This document shows, piece after piece, positions 56,121-64,000 of a DNA stretch of 64,000 nt (the stretch's first letter is position 1; each line of letters opens with the position of its first letter). Source of the stretch: a virus (Duplodnaviria > Caudoviricetes). The stretch spans positions 1-64,000 of IMG/VR virus record IMGVR_UViG_2869891414_000007; one strand, written 5' to 3'. Below the pieces are notes generated by a model. That model ran no database searches, was not told the origin of the DNA, and was given only the letters and a program-made list of their open reading frames with translations. A program made the position numbers and the translations under genes.

Positions 56121-57347
56121 TTAGTTTCCTTTTTTAGCCCAGAACGCGGCGTTCTGTTTATTGAGGTCGGCGGCGGTAGGTCGGCGATTTGGAATAGCAG
56201 AATCGATAGTTCGGCGGTTCAACTGAAGGTTATTGCGGCCCTTGGCAATCTCGCTGGCGGCAATGAATGCCGCATCAAGGGAGAGTTTCGGCATCTTGGC
56301 AAAGTCTGGTTTGTCGCCAACAATGCCTTTCAGCAATTTCTCGCCCTCGGTGGTTTTAAACGCCGCATCCAATACAGTTCGTTTAAAGGATGCCAGCTTT
56401 CCACCCTCTGGCAATTTAATGCCCGGTACAATCCATTCCGCGCGGGAAACAACATCCTGATGATAAGCCGCATCGCTGGTAATACGTCGCCCCTCTTCCT
56501 CCTCATCGGGATCGGCGTCCGTAGTGGAACCCAATTTCTCCAGAATCGCGGCTAAGGTCGTCTCCATTGCAGCAACTCGGGTTTCGATGTCACCACTATC
56601 ATTAGTGGCGATGGCATCTAATTCAGGTTCCTGTTTCGGTAACGGCTGTTGCGGGTTAATGGTGATATTGATGGCCTTTGGCAATTCGCCAGCACCCTCA
56701 TCACTGGTTAACTCTGATGGAACGCTTTCCATTGCTTCCTCCATCGCGGCGGCATCTTTGGTTTTGATTGCTCGGCGTAGCTTTGCGAGCCAAGTGTTAT
56801 TGGTTGTCATACGTTTACTATCTCCAATTGAACAGCGTTTCCCTGCGCGGCCCGTGGGAACGAGAGCGACATGGTTAGCTATGATGTCGTACTGACGGGC
56901 TTTGCCTCTGGCGGTCTGCTGATATTCGGCATCGTAGCCAGCCGAAATTTGATCAACACCATCTTCAAGAATCACCTTTATGGCTTCGGCTTTCTTCACC
57001 ACGATGTCGGCGATCATGAGATCTGATTGGTCACCTGTACCCCGCCTGACGTTTTGAATGTGTCCAGCGGCGTAGCGGCCCCAGTTATCAGGTGTGACAT
57101 CTTCGATGGGGTGAGATACGGTGAACGTCATTCCCTCAAAGCTGGCGAGCGTCTCGGGGCGGAAAACATCCTCCTCAGACCTTTCAACGAGAATTTCTCC
57201 GTCACTGTCGGGTTCGATATCGTCCAGCTCTTCACCGCCATAAAGCTGTACTCCGGTTCGGCCTATTGGCACGTCTTTGCACAATAGCCCACCATCGCTC
57301 ATGGTGAAGCGCGTCTCCCCTAGACGGGAGTTATAGAAATATTGCAT
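56121..57347 (-). CDS. Prohead protease/scaffold, DUF2213-like
   Basis: VPIGRTG.Q.Y, ASFEG...T..HP, SAGYDA, NHVALV..GRAG. Confidence 0.85.
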   Translation of the reverse strand: MQYFYNSRLGETRFTMSDGGLLCKDVPIGRTGVQLYGGEELDDIEPDSDGEILVERSEEDVFRPETLASFEGMTFTVSHPIEDVTPDNWGRYAAGHIQNVRRGTGDQSDLMIADIVVKKAEAIKVILEDGVDQISAGYDAEYQQTARGKARQYDIIANHVALVPTGRAGKRCSIGDSKRMTTNNTWLAKLRRAIKTKDAAAMEEAMESVPSELTSDEGAGELPKAINITINPQQPLPKQEPELDAIATNDSGDIETRVAAMETTLAAILEKLGSTTDADPDEEEEGRRITSDAAYHQDVVSRAEWIVPGIKLPEGGKLASFKRTVLDAAFKTTEGEKLLKGIVGDKPDFAKMPKLSLDAAFIAASEIAKGRNNLQLNRRTIDSAIPNRRPTAADLNKQNAAFWAKKGN

Positions 57348-57350
57348 GGG

Positions 57351-58115
57351 TTATCTTTCCGGAATGATGACTTCGCAGTAACAACGACAGTTAGGTAATG
57401 CGCCCGCATGCCCCGTCATGCCGTCAAGAGTTGGTGGGTTATCCCAGCGAACAAACTTACCCTCCATTTTCTGATGCGAGTGGCGAACATCACTATCTTC
57501 GGCTGTGCGCCAGATGTAACCACTGGAACCGATAGAAAGCGAACGGGCCTGAGTGAGTGCCGTAGATGCCCGTCCTATTTCTGTACGGGCGATCATATTG
57601 GCGCGGGATATTGCCACATCGCCGGATTTGGCTATTTCCTTAGCGAATGGCCCGGCACGTCCGCCAGTGATGACCGCCTCTATCGCCTGATTATGGATAT
57701 CCTGCACCCGGTCAGCGGCCTGTAAGGGCAGTGACTTGATGAGTTTTACCTGATCTTCAACGATACTGCGGGCCACTTGTCCCACGGCGGTGTTTTCCAC
57801 TATCTGGCGCAAACCCACGGATATTTCCTGCGAATTGCTGCGCCACATCGCGACATCTTTTGCGTTAACGGCATCAAACATCTTGCTGGCGGTGGTTCTG
57901 GCCCAGCCGTCAATCAAATCTGAATAACGGTTAAGACTATCCATAACGTTGTAAACGGAATCGTTAGAACCATCGTAAGTACCATTTACGATGTCGCCGA
58001 CCATTCGCGCTATCTTGCGTAGCTGAGTTTGATATTGGATCTCCGCGCGGCGCGACTTCAGGCGGGTTGAGATCTGCGTTTTCGCCGAGGTTCGGCGGGT
58101 CGATGTCTTTCGCAC
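57351..58115 (-). CDS. Head morphogenesis protein, SPP1 gp7/Mu F-like
   Basis: IARTE, YIWRT.ED.DVR.SH, PNCRC. Confidence 0.88.
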   Translation of the reverse strand: MRKTSTRRTSAKTQISTRLKSRRAEIQYQTQLRKIARMVGDIVNGTYDGSNDSVYNVMDSLNRYSDLIDGWARTTASKMFDAVNAKDVAMWRSNSQEISVGLRQIVENTAVGQVARSIVEDQVKLIKSLPLQAADRVQDIHNQAIEAVITGGRAGPFAKEIAKSGDVAISRANMIARTEIGRASTALTQARSLSIGSSGYIWRTAEDSDVRHSHQKMEGKFVRWDNPPTLDGMTGHAGALPNCRCYCEVIIPER

Positions 58116-59436
58116 TCTCTATATCCTCATCGCTGATGCTAGAGCCGATACCGGTGATACCTGCTTTGTCCCTGAGTTCAGTCATGCCACCCTGTAACGT
58201 CAGCAAACCTGAGTCCATTGCGGCGTTGATGGTATTAACGGTTTTCTCTGCCACCGTTGCCCGGTCAGGTTCCGACATTTGCCACAGCGGGTTGAAGTCA
58301 AAGGAGAAGCCGTCGGGCAGTGGCGAACTAAACTCGGAATAGTGGATCACTTCGAATAATCGACGCAGTGGACGACGTAAACGGCGCTCTTGTTGAGTAC
58401 CGATATTGTCGTAGTAGTTAGCCAGGTCAGCATCACCGGTTGAGAACCCCGCAGGGGACTGACCAAACAAACGCACCAACGGGATACCAATGGCACCGGC
58501 TATCTGTTGAGCAAACTGCGCCATCACATCAGACAGACCGCCGAATGCGTAACTGTGGGTTTCAAACGTATCGGTAGCATCCATCAGTGTAAGACCTTCA
58601 GTGCTTTGAAATTGCCGGATCATATCCATGCTTTTCATTAGCCCATCAAATGCCTTGCCCCCCATTGCGACCAGCTCACGAAATTTATTGATTTTGTAGG
58701 TGCGTAAGTGCGCCTTAAAAATCAACTGAGCCGCGCCAGTCGAGGTGCTATCGAATGCTAGCAACCTGTCAAACAGCCGCTCTATAACCGACATGCCCCA
58801 TTCATTTTCTGTGCGTTTCTGCTGGTACGGCAGACCCACGCCATCAAGGCGAATTACTCTGCTGTGGTGTATCTTCATACTCGGAATACCGCTGCCAGTC
58901 GTGACGACCTGATAATATTTAGGCATGCCGAGATCTGGCCCCATCTCTGTCACTCTATCGCTAATGGATGGGGTAACCATCCATCGATCGAGCACCAGCA
59001 AACCTTTAAACGCATCTTTACCAATGGTCTCTACCCGTAGTGGTGTTTCAGGCGCTTGACCGTCGATCATGATGAAGCCAATTGCACCACCGTACAGTCG
59101 CGACCATTTGATCGTGTCATTGATAGCATCCCAGAGTGATAATTCCTCCCAGCGCCCCTCTATCCGCATCTTGGCATCGGGTGCCATCTTAGAGGTTATG
59201 TTAATCCCCTTGCGGGTCATATCATCCGCGATGGTATCTACCGCTGCGCCCACCAGCCACGACGACCGGTAAGCGTTTTCTATCAGTTGGCGGTTGCGGG
59301 ATGTCCAGTTCGGTTGGTAGCTATAATCCGCGCTTTGGTTCTCGGTGCGCAGCCCATAGCGAGCGGTGAGGTTTTGATAGGTATCGGTGGTTCTCTGCGG
59401 TGATGACGCCTTACCTGTTTTACGTTTTCTCGACAT
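57964..59436 (-). CDS. Portal protein, DUF1073-like
   Basis: YRSSW...AAVD..ADDMTR, RLYGG, IPLVRLFGQSPAG; follows terL. Confidence 0.85.
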   Translation of the reverse strand: MSRKRKTGKASSPQRTTDTYQNLTARYGLRTENQSADYSYQPNWTSRNRQLIENAYRSSWLVGAAVDTIADDMTRKGINITSKMAPDAKMRIEGRWEELSLWDAINDTIKWSRLYGGAIGFIMIDGQAPETPLRVETIGKDAFKGLLVLDRWMVTPSISDRVTEMGPDLGMPKYYQVVTTGSGIPSMKIHHSRVIRLDGVGLPYQQKRTENEWGMSVIERLFDRLLAFDSTSTGAAQLIFKAHLRTYKINKFRELVAMGGKAFDGLMKSMDMIRQFQSTEGLTLMDATDTFETHSYAFGGLSDVMAQFAQQIAGAIGIPLVRLFGQSPAGFSTGDADLANYYDNIGTQQERRLRRPLRRLFEVIHYSEFSSPLPDGFSFDFNPLWQMSEPDRATVAEKTVNTINAAMDSGLLTLQGGMTELRDKAGITGIGSSISDEDIESAKDIDPPNLGENADLNPPEVAPRGDPISNSATQDSANGRRHRKWYLRWF

Positions 59437-61052
59437 TACGCCCCCCCGAGCCGTAGCCAGATATCCAGCGCGTTATCCATTGGTGCATATAAAATCATTG
59501 CTGAATCCGCCAGGTTAGGTGACTTGGTGCCGTCAGGTTTTTTATCCACCACAATTTTCCCTACGCCATTAACTGAGTAGGTAGGTTGCGATAATTCAGA
59601 GGTTAATTTGGTCAGATTTTTGAGGTCTTTCGGGATGGAAATAATCTCATCGGGATCGAACTCCATATTTTCTTTAACTGCCCGATAAGTTTTCTGGAAC
59701 CGGGTGCGCAGACTCCACCAACCTTGTGCTTTGGCGTTAGCAAAGAAATCTTTGTTAAGCCGCCCTTGCTGTCCGTTATCGCCGGGGACCGCCTCATCAT
59801 CTGGGTCGGTTACGCCACCGCTACCACGGAACGGCGTGGCGACGATATGCCGTCTGCGCTGTTCTTCTCGTTGTTCATTGATAACCCGAGCATCACCGCG
59901 TGCACCAGCTCCCAATCCATCGGTATCAAAGCGGAAAGTTTCGAGGTTTTGTGCATCACAAATATCAAAGGCTTTCTGTACGGTACCGAAAATATCATCA
60001 CCTTTGCCTGACCACTCTTCGATGCTTTCGAGTAAGAAGCCATGACGACCAGCAAAGGCGTTGGTGTCCTTACCTTCGTCGGCGATATCGAGAGCACCTA
60101 AGCGCTGGCCGGTTGGTACAATACCCAATACCTCATGTGCGTTGATTGCCGCCTGCACCCATGCGGACGGGATCAAGACACCCTCAACTGACGCGCTATA
60201 GTTGATATCGATTTCTTGCGCCACCGTTACCGGATCAAGCTCTTCAACTTGTTTAGCGTACCAAGCGTCGTCTTTGCGCGGGTCGTCGCGCCAATGGAAC
60301 GTAAACACATCTACCTTGCCGCTGTGTCGGCGCTCGGCAAAGGAATTCGCCATACCATTAGGTGTCGAGATGTCTTGACGGCAGTTTGTCGTTGCTGAAA
60401 GTGAAGCATCAACCAGGTACGGTCGTTCCAAGTGGGAAGATTCATCGACGATGTAGAATGATGTTCGGTCACCGCGCCCTATACCGTCCCCCGCTTCCCC
60501 TGTCATTGCCGACTCAGTTTCAGGGAACAGGATTCTCATGTGTGGAGCATGAGCCTTCGGATTCCAGCCGCCTCTAAACTCAAAAGGAAGTAACCCTACA
60601 AAGTTTCGTGCTTTATCAAATAAGGATTTCGGCGATCCGATCTTGTCTACGTATTCTTCTTTACGTGAACCGAATCCCGCAATTATCCCTTTATTGAAAA
60701 GACACAATGATGCAGCCATTCCCACAGTCAGCCACGACATTCCCATATCGCGGGTTTTTTCAGTAATGCCGGGCCTCGATGTGCGCCAATGTTCTGTAAA
60801 CCACTCGATCCACTCTTCCTGCTTTGGGAATAAGAGGAACGGGATACGGGCAGGCAATCCACGCTCAACGTTGCGTGGGTCAACTGTCATACCCCAATCA
60901 ATGATGAACTGAGCCGGGTTATCTTTGTAGAACGCTTTCATAACCGGCAGTAATTCAGGCTGCTGACGAATGCGCTGCAGTCGCTCCATTCGCCACTCAA
61001 AAACCTGCATGTAATCCGGGTTCTTAAAGTCAAAAGGGAACGGAATAGGCAT
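59436..61052 (-). CDS. terL: Terminase large subunit
   Basis: [10 protein letters not shown] Walker A, IVDES Walker B, LDIADEG nuclease motif, SPNLAD. Confidence 0.92.
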   Translation of the reverse strand: MPIPFPFDFKNPDYMQVFEWRMERLQRIRQQPELLPVMKAFYKDNPAQFIIDWGMTVDPRNVERGLPARIPFLLFPKQEEWIEWFTEHWRTSRPGITEKTRDMGMSWLTVGMAASLCLFNKGIIAGFGSRKEEYVDKIGSPKSLFDKARNFVGLLPFEFRGGWNPKAHAPHMRILFPETESAMTGEAGDGIGRGDRTSFYIVDESSHLERPYLVDASLSATTNCRQDISTPNGMANSFAERRHSGKVDVFTFHWRDDPRKDDAWYAKQVEELDPVTVAQEIDINYSASVEGVLIPSAWVQAAINAHEVLGIVPTGQRLGALDIADEGKDTNAFAGRHGFLLESIEEWSGKGDDIFGTVQKAFDICDAQNLETFRFDTDGLGAGARGDARVINEQREEQRRRHIVATPFRGSGGVTDPDDEAVPGDNGQQGRLNKDFFANAKAQGWWSLRTRFQKTYRAVKENMEFDPDEIISIPKDLKNLTKLTSELSQPTYSVNGVGKIVVDKKPDGTKSPNLADSAMILYAPMDNALDIWLRLGGA

Positions 61053-61280
61053 TTGGGTTTTACTCGATAAATGAGTGAATTTTAGGACTTTTTAACATAA
61101 TGGACGTTACCCGCACCGAGCGCATAGCACTCACCGAACAAGCAGCATGAGAGGCTTATTTATCAGGGTTAACGTGTCAGAGTGTTAGATAATTGAGTGC
61201 ATAAAGCATGCATAAAACACCCTCTATTTTGCATAGAGGATTTATCAATCTAACGGGCTATTTCTGGATGTTTACTATAA

Positions 61281-62303
61281 TCAGCCCATAAGTTTACGAT
61301 ACGCCTCGGCGGCTTCGTCTGGTGTCATATTCACCGTCTCAGTTTTAACCGGGCCACCATCAGGGCCACTAATTTCTGTTTTGTTTCTCAGCATACCTAA
61401 ATGTTGGGCAACCATCTTTAAAGCCTCATCCTGATTGCGGGTAATGGCCTCAATACCAAATTTACCCTCTTTCACTCCAGAGAACAGGCGACGAGCTGCA
61501 CCGCGCAGATCCCGAGTATCGTGAAAGTGAGTGCGCCCAACACCCTCACCATTACAACGCGGGCAGTCAGGGTTAGGATCTAACGTGGCATCAAAACCGT
61601 AGCCGCCAACGTCTAAAGGCTCCCGTTTTTTGCTTTCTACCGCTTTTAGCCGGGCCTCGTCAAACTCGACAGCATCGCGCCACTGGTACTGGTAACCAAA
61701 CCCCCAGCAATGGCGGCAACACAAACGGCGTAGCTCAGTAATTTGGCTAGCATCGGCTGTGGCAATATCCCACCACCATTTCAATACGGCATCTTGAGTG
61801 ATTCGGGTTCGTCGTTCTCTGGCATCTAAAGCATCGCGAATGGCCCGGCTAACCTTAGCATTCCTGTACATGCGTGAAGCGTTAACGTAAGCCGTATTGC
61901 CCTCTCCTTTGCCGCCAGACCTTTTATATGCCGCCGTGCTATTCAAGTCGATCAGGTATTCACTCACGAAACGAGCCTGCATATCATTAAGCCCGTACTC
62001 GTCAGGGTTTAATATGAATTCTGGTTCGTCACTTCCATTTGCCAGGTATTCTGAATCAATCTCTCTTTCAACGTGAACCGCTGGTTTTCTATATTTGGTT
62101 CGCGACTTCTTGTTTTGGTTCGCACTAATGGTCTGCGAACCTACATTATTGCGAACCTGTTCGTGTTTAGGCCACTCCTCAGCCTTTGCCCTCTTTCTTA
62201 CCGCTGTATCACTTACACCGTATTTCTTGGCAAGCTCCCTGATGGAAAGAGCGCCGGAACGGTAGTCACGCTCTATGCCTCTCCAGTCAGTGTCTTTTGC
62301 CAT
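61281..62303 (-). CDS. terS: Terminase small subunit
   Basis: N-terminal HTH, FVSEYLIDLNST.AY, CxxC pairs. Confidence 0.85.
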   Translation of the reverse strand: MAKDTDWRGIERDYRSGALSIRELAKKYGVSDTAVRKRAKAEEWPKHEQVRNNVGSQTISANQNKKSRTKYRKPAVHVEREIDSEYLANGSDEPEFILNPDEYGLNDMQARFVSEYLIDLNSTAAYKRSGGKGEGNTAYVNASRMYRNAKVSRAIRDALDARERRTRITQDAVLKWWWDIATADASQITELRRLCCRHCWGFGYQYQWRDAVEFDEARLKAVESKKREPLDVGGYGFDATLDPNPDCPRCNGEGVGRTHFHDTRDLRGAARRLFSGVKEGKFGIEAITRNQDEALKMVAQHLGMLRNKTEISGPDGGPVKTETVNMTPDEAAEAYRKLMG

Positions 62304-62461
62304 GATGTTCCCTTAGTGTCATTACGCAGTAACCTTGTTAGGTTGCTCTGTGATGATATTTAAGTACTCATATACTAATTGAGAGGCTGACTATAAATCG
62401 CTCTGGTGAATTATCTATTTCTATATATATTGGTATTACTTAACTTTTAGCAGAGATAAAC

Positions 62462-62809
62462 ATGGGACTGATAATTAAAGATTGCTTCATTTCAGAATGT
62501 AACAAAGGGGTAGTTGCACCTGACAGTTTAGATATAAACATCTCTGGTACAGTGTTTGAAAAAACAGGTATAGCTATCGATATTTATCCAAGTAACCAAG
62601 AGTTACTCCAAGTTGGCCTGCCAGAAAACACACCTAAAGAACTCCTTGCTGAAGCTGTTGAAACCCTTAAAAAGTTACAATCAAGTACTATGGAAGAAAA
62701 GCAAGCTGCAATAAGTAAATCGAAACTATTTGGTTGGCTCAATAATGGAGCTTCCATAGCGACCGTTACTACGGCAGTTATGGAAATGATTAAATTTTTT
62801 AGCCAGTAA
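62462..62809 (+). CDS. Hypothetical moron protein
   Basis: AT-rich 115-aa ORF opposite the late operon, between spanins and terS. Confidence 0.55.
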   Translation: MGLIIKDCFISECNKGVVAPDSLDINISGTVFEKTGIAIDIYPSNQELLQVGLPENTPKELLAEAVETLKKLQSSTMEEKQAAISKSKLFGWLNNGASIATVTTAVMEMIKFFSQ

Positions 62810-62843
62810 CCGATGTTATGGGGGAATTACTCCCCCTCTCTTT

Positions 62844-63104
62844 TTAATAATATTTTATTAAGTTTTGCCGCCAGCCAATAACCTCATCAAGCCGACCTTT
62901 GCAGATTCGCAGTTCCCGCTTTAATTCCATCGCATACAATCCGCCATCCCCCCACGTAATACCGGTAAATTCTGGAACTTCACAGGGGATAAGTGCTGAC
63001 TCAGGCGGCAACAATAGGGCGGGTTCGGTAATGGGCGGTTTAATGGGCTTATTCACGCATGACGCTAATGACATCACCAGGCATAGGCTTGATAGAACAA
63101 TCAT
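62844..63104 (-). CDS. o-spanin lipoprotein, Rz1-like
   Basis: Lipobox LASC, Pro-rich, overlaps the i-spanin. Confidence 0.75.
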   Translation of the reverse strand: MIVLSSLCLVMSLASCVNKPIKPPITEPALLLPPESALIPCEVPEFTGITWGDGGLYAMELKRELRICKGRLDEVIGWRQNLIKYY

Positions 63105-63381
63105 CACTCGCCGCTGCTGCTTTAAACCGTGCAACCTGTAATTCACTGGCATTGCGTAACTTCCTCTCGTTTTCTAGCTGGCGGGCTGTGGCGGCACGGT
63201 TGGCGGCATCATTCACCTGATAGGCATCGATGATGTTACCGAGGGCTGTATTTGTGGCTTGCTCGACCACCAGCTCCGCTTCTGTTTTTTCGACCTGATT
63301 TGCGAGGCGGTAACTGTTAAAAAACAGCGCTGACACAATCACCACCAGCGCAGCAATGACGATCCCCATGGCTTTATTCAT
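63049..63381 (-). CDS. i-spanin, Rz-like
   Basis: N-terminal TM, coiled coil, C-terminal CS..PMP. Confidence 0.75.
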   Translation of the reverse strand: MNKAMGIVIAALVVIVSALFFNSYRLANQVEKTEAELVVEQATNTALGNIIDAYQVNDAANRAATARQLENERKLRNASELQVARFKAAAASDDCSIKPMPGDVISVMRE

Positions 63382-63904
63382 CCAGCCCCCAGCAGGTCAG
63401 TTCGCTTTCCTGTGCGCGGCGTTCTATCTGCCCGTAACAGTTATTTGAGCGAATATTGCAATCCTTGCCGCCGTCGTGAACCCAGCGTTTGATCTCAGCG
63501 CAAGCACCTTTGCGATCACCTGCATTGAGTTTTTTATAGAACGTGGCGGTGAAACATTTACTCGGGCCGATGTTATAGGGGCAAAATGACGCGATGCCGG
63601 CAATCTGTGGTTCCGTCAGCGGGACGCGGACATTTTTCTTCACCCAACTTATGGCCTTGTCAGCCTCTAGCTGATTCACCGCAGCACACTTCTCCGCTGA
63701 CAGCTTCATCCCTTTCACTACCGGTTTGCCATCAACCATTGTGGCGCCACGGCAGATAGTCCAAAGCCCCTTACCATCGGGATAAGCTGAAAGCCGGTTA
63801 CCCTCTTTCTCATCCAGAAATTGACTGAGAATAATTGATGCTGGCGCACCTGCTAAAACCAAGCCAAGAACCGCAGCGCTGAGTTTGCTTTTTGTCGAGG
63901 CCAT
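63374..63904 (-). CDS. SAR endolysin, lysozyme family
   Basis: N-terminal SAR helix then EKEG...Y.DG.G.WTIC.G; CPYNIG. Confidence 0.9.
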   Translation of the reverse strand: MASTKSKLSAAVLGLVLAGAPASIILSQFLDEKEGNRLSAYPDGKGLWTICRGATMVDGKPVVKGMKLSAEKCAAVNQLEADKAISWVKKNVRVPLTEPQIAGIASFCPYNIGPSKCFTATFYKKLNAGDRKGACAEIKRWVHDGGKDCNIRSNNCYGQIERRAQESELTCWGLDE

Positions 63905-64000
63905 CACTCACCATCCGGTTTATAGCCATGGCGACGATCCCAAATCTTCACACCTGCATTGAGTAAAAAAGTTAGCGCCATAAAAAATAGCGAACCCAGC
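63904..64000 (-). CDS. Holin C-terminus, phage 21 S-like, truncated by the window edge
   Basis: Translated by hand: LGSLFFMALTFLLNAGVKIWDRRHGYKPDGE*. Confidence 0.7.
   Translation of the reverse strand, partial: LGSLFFMALTFLLNAGVKIWDRRHGYKPDGE

Larger units (their letters stand above)
36264..64000. mobile_element. Second prophage, contractile-tailed, continuing beyond the window
   Basis: Co-oriented lysis, packaging, head, sheath, baseplate and fibre genes on the minus strand, ending at the leuZ att copy. Confidence 0.9.

Noticed and set aside
57964-59436. Anti-CBASS (Acb1) label sometimes attached to DUF1073 proteins
   Set aside because: Size, position after terL and motifs indicate a portal

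Overview
The window holds two temperate prophages stacked at the tRNA-Leu(TAA)/leuZ locus of an enterobacterium. Yersinia is a likely host, but that is inference. (1) 704-36317 is a complete P2/186-like prophage bounded by a 129-bp direct repeat that contains the 3' half of leuZ. It has int, cI, apl/cox, cII, gpA with ori, cos, and head, lysis and tail genes through ogr. An ISL3 element has inserted into a LexA box upstream of int. Its accessory slots carry a HEPN-like gene behind int, a Spo11/Top6A-like TOPRIM protein before gpA, a two-TM protein with a Ser-Thr VNTR plus transposon remnants in the tin/old slot, and a degenerate terminase-ATPase paralog between P and Q. Between S and V sits a type VI-like retron: structured leader RNA, an unannotated 54-aa protein whose SD and start codon are buried in a hairpin, an HTH gene and an RT gene. 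(2) 36264 to beyond 64000 is the distal end and late operon of a contractile-tailed prophage on the minus strand (holin, SAR endolysin, spanins, terS, terL, portal, capsid, sheath, tape measure, baseplate, fibre). Its morons are tandem LexA-controlled dinI-like genes, an IS3 remnant, an AidA/PixA-like pair plus a papain-like protease, and a DUF4225-like module. All family calls come from motif recognition by eye; no database searches were run.
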